Positions 57,564 to 64,000 of a stretch of 64,000 nt of DNA are shown here, piece after piece (position 1 is the stretch's first letter; each line of letters begins with the position of its first letter). Where the stretch lies: the NCBI GenBank assembly GCA_963663405.2, contig CAXXSM010000149.1:1-64000 (forward strand), written 5' to 3'. The notes under the pieces are model-generated. The model saw only the letters and a list, made by a program, of their open reading frames with translations, was not told where the DNA came from and made no database searches. Made by a program: the position numbers and the translations under genes. This stretch comes from a bacterium. Lineage in GTDB: Bacteria; Hinthialibacterota; Hinthialibacteria; Hinthialibacterales; Hinthialibacteraceae.

Positions 57564-59237
57564 CTATTGATCCAGGATTTTCTTCTCATCGGGGAGGCGG
57601 GGGCCTGCGTGCCCGTCGGGAATCTGGGAAAGTGAAATCGAATTTAAATTCGAGGATGCGCCGATCTCAAAGCAATAGGCCCACCAATTCAGAGCCGCGT
57701 TCATAACTTGATCACAATCATAATAACGATTGCGTCCAAACATCGTTCCATCACTATAGATGTCGTATGCCCAAGAGTTTGGATCGTATGTGATAAAATA
57801 CTCTCCATCTTCCGACCAGCCTTTTACAATTAAAAAGTGTCCGCTGTCGTAATTATAAAAGCGGTCGAAATAAGGTTGGCGGCTGTAGTCGATCCATCTC
57901 ATCTCCATGCAAAGCAATACAATGTTTCCTCGTTCAAGAATTTGATCGATATCCGTCCGGGACGAGACAGAATGGATTACGAAGGGAGTATTATATTTTT
58001 TTAAAGCTTTTTGGATATCGGATGTATACCACCAGCCGTTGTTACGGCGGTTGACATCCCGGATCGTATCGACGGGGATATCTTGATTTGAATACCATTT
58101 GATGGCCATATGAGTCGATGTTGGCCCGCAGTTGTTGTCCGACGCTGGGCCTGTGCCCATTTGGGTTTGGTACCACTCATAAGGCCGGGAATTATGTTCT
58201 GAAGCGACCGGATTGACCGTAAGCAGCATCTCTCCGAAAACATCGCCGAATTGCGCGAAAATCCATGAATTTCCACTATTCAATCCACAGACGGTTCCAG
58301 AACCGTCAACCGTGGCGGTCTGGTTGTTACCGGAACTCCATACATAATTGAGATCTTGAATGGTGTTTTCTGAAGGATCGTACGCTACGCCTGTTAAGAC
58401 CGCTCTTTCATCGATGTCTACTTCCAGCCGTGAGGGATCGATCTCGATTTGCTCGATGAGTAAGGGGCTGGGTGTGTTTGTGGGTATTTCCGTAGGAACA
58501 GGTGTGGATGTTTGCGTAGGTTCTGGGGTGGGTGTTGTTGTGGGTATCTCCGTAGGAACAAGTGTGGATGTTGGTGTTGGCTCTGGAGTGGATGTTGGAT
58601 TTTCCTCCAGTGGAGTGAGGCTCACAATCTCTGGATCGTCCACATCACCGTCGAGAAATTCTGTATGATAATACCGTTCCGGATCAAGCAGGTAATATTC
58701 GAAATTGTCAAGATAGACCGTTAATGGTTCTGTATCGCTCGTGTTGATAACTTGAATCAACGGTTGGAAACCGGTCGATGGAGGGATAAAAATATCCGCA
58801 AGGCGCCGGTATTGATTTTCAAAATACGCTTCTCGCGCAGGGGTGAGAGTCGATACGAAACTATTTTCCCCTGCGTCAATTGTCGCGAGGGTGATCGATG
58901 CGTGCGGCGCGTCCGCCCGGACAGAGCAGCGGATCAAGGCCATATTCTCCGTCGTTACAACGGGGCCGAATATCATGACGCCTTCGCCGGGATCGGCCTC
59001 AATGATTAATCCCCATCCATCTGTCGCGCCTTGAAATGTGTTATACTTTGGAAGGACTCCAAGAGAAATTGCTGGTTCCGGGTAGGCGCCAAATCCGGCG
59101 CCCATAAAAGAGACGCCTATTTCGTCCAATGAATCGCCGGAAAAATCAAATTGGACGTGTTCTTCTCCCATGCTTAACGGTACATAGAACAAAGAAATCA
59201 ATACGGCAAGTATGAATCGAACAGCGTCTTTCATCAA
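57564..59237 (-). CDS. Secreted protein: shared unnamed domain, P/T linker, Big_2 Ig-like domain and C39-like cysteine peptidase
   Basis: Signal peptide; PTSTPEPT linker; WSSGN...ATVDGSG.V.G (Big_2); Q...NNCGPTS, GHFLIVKG, YDPN (Cys-His-Asp). Confidence 0.8.
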   Translation of the reverse strand: MMKDAVRFILAVLISLFYVPLSMGEEHVQFDFSGDSLDEIGVSFMGAGFGAYPEPAISLGVLPKYNTFQGATDGWGLIIEADPGEGVMIFGPVVTTENMALIRCSVRADAPHASITLATIDAGENSFVSTLTPAREAYFENQYRRLADIFIPPSTGFQPLIQVINTSDTEPLTVYLDNFEYYLLDPERYYHTEFLDGDVDDPEIVSLTPLEENPTSTPEPTPTSTLVPTEIPTTTPTPEPTQTSTPVPTEIPTNTPSPLLIEQIEIDPSRLEVDIDERAVLTGVAYDPSENTIQDLNYVWSSGNNQTATVDGSGTVCGLNSGNSWIFAQFGDVFGEMLLTVNPVASEHNSRPYEWYQTQMGTGPASDNNCGPTSTHMAIKWYSNQDIPVDTIRDVNRRNNGWWYTSDIQKALKKYNTPFVIHSVSSRTDIDQILERGNIVLLCMEMRWIDYSRQPYFDRFYNYDSGHFLIVKGWSEDGEYFITYDPNSWAYDIYSDGTMFGRNRYYDCDQVMNAALNWWAYCFEIGASSNLNSISLSQIPDGHAGPRLPDEKKILDQ

Positions 59238-59524
59238 TCGTACCTCCGATAGTCTCTGGAATTTAATATTATATACGAAGAAATTTGGATGGATGTGATT
59301 TCCTTTATTTTTTTCGTTGGATGTAAAGAGAATACAGATTATGTGGAGAATGAGAAGAATTCATTTAAATTGGAAGAATAATACCTTTTTCTTGCCTTCA
59401 TACGTTATAGGAATAGAATCTATTGAATTTATGGTTGGCAAACGAGTAGAAAAACACTATACTCCCTATCATATGCTATGCGCTCTATAGGGGAGCGGGG
59501 ATTTATGGACGAGGAATACACTTC

Positions 59525-59764
59525 ATGAAAAACCTGGTTTTATTCTGTTGCCTGGTTCTACTCTGTACGTCTTGTACGCATATGTCGTTACCCGTCGGGC
59601 AGTTGCTTCCGTTTTTATTGGTTGAAAATAACAGTGATTCTTGTGATCTCCCGCGATACAATCCGGCTGTTTCTTATGGAACGTTATGCGCCGCCCTTCC
59701 TACGGACAAAGTGGATGTCGCAATGGAGAATCTCTTTGGAGAGCAGGAGCGTTTGTCTCTTTAA
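59525..59764 (+). CDS. Small putative lipoprotein
   Basis: GAGGA RBS; MKNLVLFCCLVLLCTS|C lipobox-like signal; short, with no recognised domain. Confidence 0.45.
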   Translation: MKNLVLFCCLVLLCTSCTHMSLPVGQLLPFLLVENNSDSCDLPRYNPAVSYGTLCAALPTDKVDVAMENLFGEQERLSL

Positions 59765-59843
59765 CCGTGTAATTCGATAAGGGGTATAGAGTTTTATGCT
59801 ATAAGTCTCATTACAATTTGCCGCTGATGCGAAATCCCTTGTT

Positions 59844-60903
59844 TTATAAACACGAATAGTGTTTCCCAGGAATCATGGCGTGTCCCCAGCCGAGTATTTC
59901 TTCATTCTTGAGATCGTCCCGCATTTTTAGAAAGCCCGCCTGCGCCAATCCTCCCGCTTGAAAATATACCGCGTCGATGTCGGAAGTGTATTTAGGGAAG
60001 TGACCGAAACCGCCATCTTCGTTCCGGCATGAGAGAATCCACTGCACGGCTTTTTTATAACAGGCGGCAATCCGTGGATCTTCTGGATTTCCCAATTGAC
60101 GAAGAATAAAGAGCGCGTCAAAAGCCGCATGCACATCCCAACTGGGAGGATGAATTCCGGTCCAGGAGCCGTCTTTTTGTTGGAGTTCTAAGGTTCGTTC
60201 GATCATGGGTTTCGCCTTGGGTGTGGGAGCCCCGACGAGGCGGTAATAATGCGCGGCGTGGAACGTGGATGCGACATGATTACCCAGGTAGCCGTCTTCT
60301 TTCTGTTCTCGTTTTAAATACGCCCGCAGTTTTTCATCGAATTCTTTGGGCATGCGTTTTCCAATCGCCGTATAGAAATAGGGGAAGAAACTGGTCGTGT
60401 ACAATGGGAGATTCTCGAATTCTTTCGGTTCAAAGAAATATTCAACGACCGGCATAGGATCGTATTTTGGTTTTTCACCCAATACCCGGAGCGCGACAAG
60501 GCTTTGGGCGGTGTTGTACAGTTTGGCGAGGGGGGAATTCGGATCCATTTCCCCGGTTTTGTGATAGAAGGCGCCGTCGGGTTTCTGGCTCGAATAGAAA
60601 AATTCCTTTGTCGCTTCCGGATAGGGAAGCGGCCATCCAAAGGTTTCGCTCAGCAGCGTCACATACGTTGGCGCGGCGATCCCGGAAAGCTGTGTGTCAG
60701 AGTAACCTTTATAAGCTGGATCGATTCCCGGTTGAAAGGAACCGTCTTTAAGCGCCGTTTGTTGAAGAAAACGTCTGAATTCCTTTGAGAATCGTATCCG
60801 GCTTCGTTTCTGTATCAGCGTTAGAACGCGTGATTCCAAAGAGTCCCAATCCGGCGCACATAGCAGTCAGTTTGATGAAATTCCGTCGATTGTTTGTTAT
60901 CAT
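59844..60903 (-). CDS. Tat-exported prenyltransferase/squalene-cyclase repeat (alpha/alpha barrel) protein, frameshifted near the N-terminus
   Basis: QW-like repeats Q.PDGAF, Q.EDGY, QQKDGSW, C.NEDGGFG in 59844..60839. A Tat leader MITNNRRNFIKLTAMCAGLGL starts at ATG 60903 (AGGGG RBS) and joins the main frame if one base is removed near the A4 run at 60768-60771. Confidence 0.75.
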
Positions 60904-61131
60904 GATTCGAATCCCCCTAACAGCAGTATCTATCTTCTCTTTTTGAAAATATACGAAAAAAGGGAATAAATCCAGAGCGCATTCCGGATTAGATTGAAAT
61001 CGAATCTATCTATTATAGGATTCATCGAAAATAATCCTGTAAATAAATCCTCAAATTGCTGTTGAATCGGGAGATTCGGATGTATGTGAACCATGAAAAG
61101 TCTCTATTAATTTTATTTTCTCATTCTTTTT

Positions 61132-61170
61132 CTTAATCTGATTCTAACTAATATCTAACACATATCTAAC
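61132..61170. promoter_or_regulatory. Phased direct repeats (11-bp period), putative winged-helix regulator operator
   Basis: cttaat/tctaac/tctaac/tctaac at 61132, 61143, 61154 and 61165; further 11-bp pairs at 61328/61339 and, inverted (gttagg), at 61504/61515. Confidence 0.5.
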
Positions 61171-61665
61171 AAAATTAATTTTTTCTTAACATAACCTCTT
61201 CATTAATAATCATCCAACCGGAGAATTTTATTGATAATTCATGATTCAATCGATTGAAAATATGATCTGTAAACCTATGATTATTAGGAATTTACTGAAA
61301 TCAGAGGCAGCAAGTTCAATTCTTGTATTTAATAATTTTCTAACATAATCATCACTTTTAGTTAAATATTTTCCATACTATATATATAAACAACCATTCT
61401 TTTTATCTAAAAATCCTTTACTATTAAGCTGATTTTAGAAAGAGCATTCGATACTGGCCGTTTAGGGTATCGAGAAAGGATTTATGTGGAGCGGCCAAAG
61501 AATGTTAGGATTTTGTTAGGGAGGAGGTGAAATCAGGTATAAAGGAGTACTTCTCGTTTTAGTGATCCCTATAAACAGTCTTAGGAATAGAAGAGGGATT
61601 AGAATCTTTGAGAAAAACACGAATCAATAAGATGAGGCTTTATTTTAAAAAAGGAGAAAGTATCA

Positions 61666-63129
61666 ATGAAAAATAAGTTTTTTTTCATCTTTGCAGTAGC
61701 TTCTGTAATTTCTTTATCACTGATGGTCAATGCGGGGTACGCCCAAGTTTTCTTTGAGGATGACTTCAACGATGGCGGAACTGCGGGCGCTGTAGAAAGA
61801 GGTTGGGAATTTATTGAAAATGAATTCGTGACCGAAGTGGGCAGTTTTTTCGTCATTGCGCCGGAATGGCCCGTAAGAGAACCTAGCTCCGACACAGGTA
61901 TCCTCAATCCTCCTACAGCGGATGGCACGGCATCTGACGGTGGTTTTTTGATTGCCGACTCCGATGCGGGAGACGGTTCCGATGACATTGGTTCCCAGTC
62001 TGATATTTACGCTATTTCTCCTGTTTTCAGCACTGAAGGCGCCAGCGAAGTCTGGTTCCACGCCGACACGGAAATTGAAATCAATAATAATGGGGAATGT
62101 GTGATGGAATTCATGGTCACCGCAGACGGTGGAGAAACTTGGATTCCCGTCTTTCAAGGAATTGAACCAGAACGAGTCATTGACTCATTCAACGGTGGCG
62201 GTGTCGGCCGGGACCGGACGGATGGATGGCCGGTATTAGGCAGCGCGTCTCACACAAAATCCTTTGGAGGAATTCATGGGCGTTGGCATTTACAATTGCC
62301 TGATGAAGTTGTGAACAAACCTGAAGTTCGATTTCGGATAGGATATTATGAACCGGCGGACGCTTGGTGGATCACAATGGATAACGTTGTTGTCGACGCT
62401 TCACCTCCCCCCATGGGATCGGAAGTGATTCTGACTGAAGATTTCGAAAATGGCATTCCCGAAACTTGGTCCAACACGACGGCGAAAGAAACTCCAACTG
62501 GTGAGGATCAGCTCTGGGACACAAAGCCGATCTGGGACGAAGATTTCGATGAACCTTACAAGTTCAGTGAAAGTATGGGATTAGCTGTTAATATCGACAT
62601 TGTCCGCCAAGCGGAATCTTTTGATCTTGTTCTCGATCTTGACAATCCCGATGAATATTTTAATCCAAAAGGCGTCTTGGATGGCCGTTGGGTTCTTATG
62701 TTGGCCGGTCAAGGCTATGCGATGTGGCAGGAAGGCGATTTAGACCAGCTGAATGGTGTCAGTGAAGGAGCGAATTTAGATACGCCGGTTCTGGATTGCA
62801 GCAATTACACAGGAGTTTATCTCGCTTTTGATTCAGAATTGCTCGTAGGAAACAGCTCGGCGCGATATGAAGTGTATGTCAGCGCTGATGGCGGCGCCTC
62901 CTTTGATCGATTATTCACTTACACCGAAGCCTTAATGAACTATGAAGAAGCCCCTTACTTCGACCGTCACTATCTCGAAGCGCCCCAGGCGGCCGGTCAG
63001 AGTGAAGTTATTTTCCGTTTTCAAGCCATCGGGGAAGATCCTGGTGAAATGGAAGGATTTTGGGTTATTGATAACGTCAGCATAACCGCTGATTCCGGCA
63101 CACCCGTTACCGATTGGGTCTTATATTAA
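61666..63129 (+). CDS. Secreted two-domain MAM/cleaved-adhesin-like beta-sandwich protein with C-terminal TPVTDWVLY motif
   Basis: AAGGAG RBS; signal peptide; two repeats F.EDF...W, SP(V).....V, V.ADGG..W/F, V.FR, W..DNV.V/I. Confidence 0.8.
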   Translation: MKNKFFFIFAVASVISLSLMVNAGYAQVFFEDDFNDGGTAGAVERGWEFIENEFVTEVGSFFVIAPEWPVREPSSDTGILNPPTADGTASDGGFLIADSDAGDGSDDIGSQSDIYAISPVFSTEGASEVWFHADTEIEINNNGECVMEFMVTADGGETWIPVFQGIEPERVIDSFNGGGVGRDRTDGWPVLGSASHTKSFGGIHGRWHLQLPDEVVNKPEVRFRIGYYEPADAWWITMDNVVVDASPPPMGSEVILTEDFENGIPETWSNTTAKETPTGEDQLWDTKPIWDEDFDEPYKFSESMGLAVNIDIVRQAESFDLVLDLDNPDEYFNPKGVLDGRWVLMLAGQGYAMWQEGDLDQLNGVSEGANLDTPVLDCSNYTGVYLAFDSELLVGNSSARYEVYVSADGGASFDRLFTYTEALMNYEEAPYFDRHYLEAPQAAGQSEVIFRFQAIGEDPGEMEGFWVIDNVSITADSGTPVTDWVLY

Positions 63130-63166
63130 TTAGATCGTTGCGGTGTGAAAAGTTTTGAGTGTTTAG

Positions 63167-63201
63167 AAAGGGATGCGCCGTTGATCTGGCGCATCCCTTT
63201 T
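63167..63201 (+). terminator. Intrinsic terminator-like hairpin between the motif-bearing gene and the pilin-like gene
   Basis: aaagggatgcgcc-(8 nt loop)-ggcgcatcccttt-t. Confidence 0.75.
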
Positions 63202-63330
63202 GACGAGAATCAAGCGGTTCCTCTTTTATTAAGATTATTGTGGACATTTCTATTAACATTTTTGTTTAGTATATTTAGAAAATTAAATAGATTGCCGTTT
63301 AATCCTTTTTATTCATACAGGAGACCGAGA

Positions 63331-63966
63331 ATGAAAAACAAAGTAGTTAAAAGGGGATTTACTCTCATTGAACTTCTCATCGTGGTCGCCATTATCGGAA
63401 TTTTGGCGGCGATCGCCGTGCCCAATTTTTTGAACGCCCAGATCCGGGCGAAGATCTCCCGGTGTGTGGCGGATATCCGGATGCTGAATCAGCAAGTCAC
63501 GATTTTTCATATGGATAAAAACCGGTGGCTGATCGACGGCAACGATTGTGATGGCTCATCAGAATGTTGTTTCGAAGGTGAATATATCGGGAAACATCCA
63601 AATACATCGAATGTTTCTGTCCTGCAGGGCGCCAATCATTTTGATGGGCGTATTTATCAACCTTTAACTACTCCCATCGCGTACATCAGCAGTATTCCCA
63701 TTGATCCATTCAGCGATGGTTTGTTCTATTCCTATGAAGATTGGGATTGCTCGAATAATGGAGGTTTCTTCGGGCTTTTAGCGGCGACCGGTCCGGATGC
63801 GGATAATGGCGATTGGCATCCCGATCAGCGGTCCATTGTATACTATGGGACAAACGGTCTTGCAAGCAACGGCGACATCTGGTACATCTGGCTGTTCAAA
63901 CCTGGTTATACCAATACCCAATATGAAACCTACTTTAAAAAATCCGGTTGGAGCGCTCAATATTAA
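63331..63966 (+). CDS. Type IV pilin / GspG-like protein with prepilin N-methylation signal
   Basis: AGGAG RBS; KRG|FTLIELLIVVAIIGILAAIAVPNFLNAQIRAK; PLTTPIAYISSIPIDPF; TGPD; YYGTNGLASNGDI. Confidence 0.9.
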   Translation: MKNKVVKRGFTLIELLIVVAIIGILAAIAVPNFLNAQIRAKISRCVADIRMLNQQVTIFHMDKNRWLIDGNDCDGSSECCFEGEYIGKHPNTSNVSVLQGANHFDGRIYQPLTTPIAYISSIPIDPFSDGLFYSYEDWDCSNNGGFFGLLAATGPDADNGDWHPDQRSIVYYGTNGLASNGDIWYIWLFKPGYTNTQYETYFKKSGWSAQY

Positions 63967-64000
63967 GCCGGTCTTATCTCTTCTATCTGCCGCTAGACCG

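Noticed and set aside
58465-58600. Short tandem repeats (gtggatgtt / ggtgt-rich)
   Set aside because: They encode an ordinary Pro/Thr linker with one ~60-bp duplication.
59430-59500. GGCAAAC...GAAA plus ctccctat/atagggag hairpin as a c-di-GMP-I riboswitch
   Set aside because: No stem around the GAAA and no GACGCAAAG segment; only a simple hairpin is supported.
1-64000. tRNA, rRNA, prophage or anti-phage defence genes
   Set aside because: None recognised by eye in the intergenic regions or the ORF track; a tRNAscan or Infernal run would be needed to exclude small RNAs fully.

Overview
Bacterial chromosomal window rich in exported proteins and glycan-catabolic enzymes. The pilin and C-terminal motif style suggests a PVC-adjacent or candidate-phylum organism such as Hinthialibacterota/OLB16 or Sumerlaeota; this is inference and unverified. 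Contents in order: a frameshifted Gfo/Idh/MocA oxidoreductase; a ~15 kb eight-gene TPR-gluzincin/DUF4159/MoxR/DUF58/BatA-vWA/coiled-coil/vWA-GATase/caspase-fold operon; a glycan cluster (FAD oxidoreductase, GH38-like, two sulfatases, FG-GAP protein, GH106, later a BNR protein, SGNH and GH172); a beta-propeller sensor kinase with a NarL regulator; a complete IS3 element; a LRR surface protein; typA; and a C39-like peptidase. Most notable: (1) three unrelated secreted proteins end in the same short motif T-[AP]-V-x-[DE]-[WY]-x-L-[YH], and two of them sit directly upstream of paralogous type IV pilin-like genes, a candidate undescribed sorting or glycan-capture module; (2) a 23-repeat LRR protein with hypervariable cassettes and a probable C-terminal Cys-Gln thioester domain, preceded by a c-di-GMP-II-like riboswitch with altered ligand-pocket bases; (3) a three-copy nested MITE family with 8-bp target duplications, carrying a 9-bp-periodic inverted-repeat element that also occurs free; (4) an unnamed ~120-aa domain shared by two P/T-linker secreted proteins. 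No rRNA, tRNA or CRISPR was recognised. All family calls come from motif recognition by eye, not database searches.
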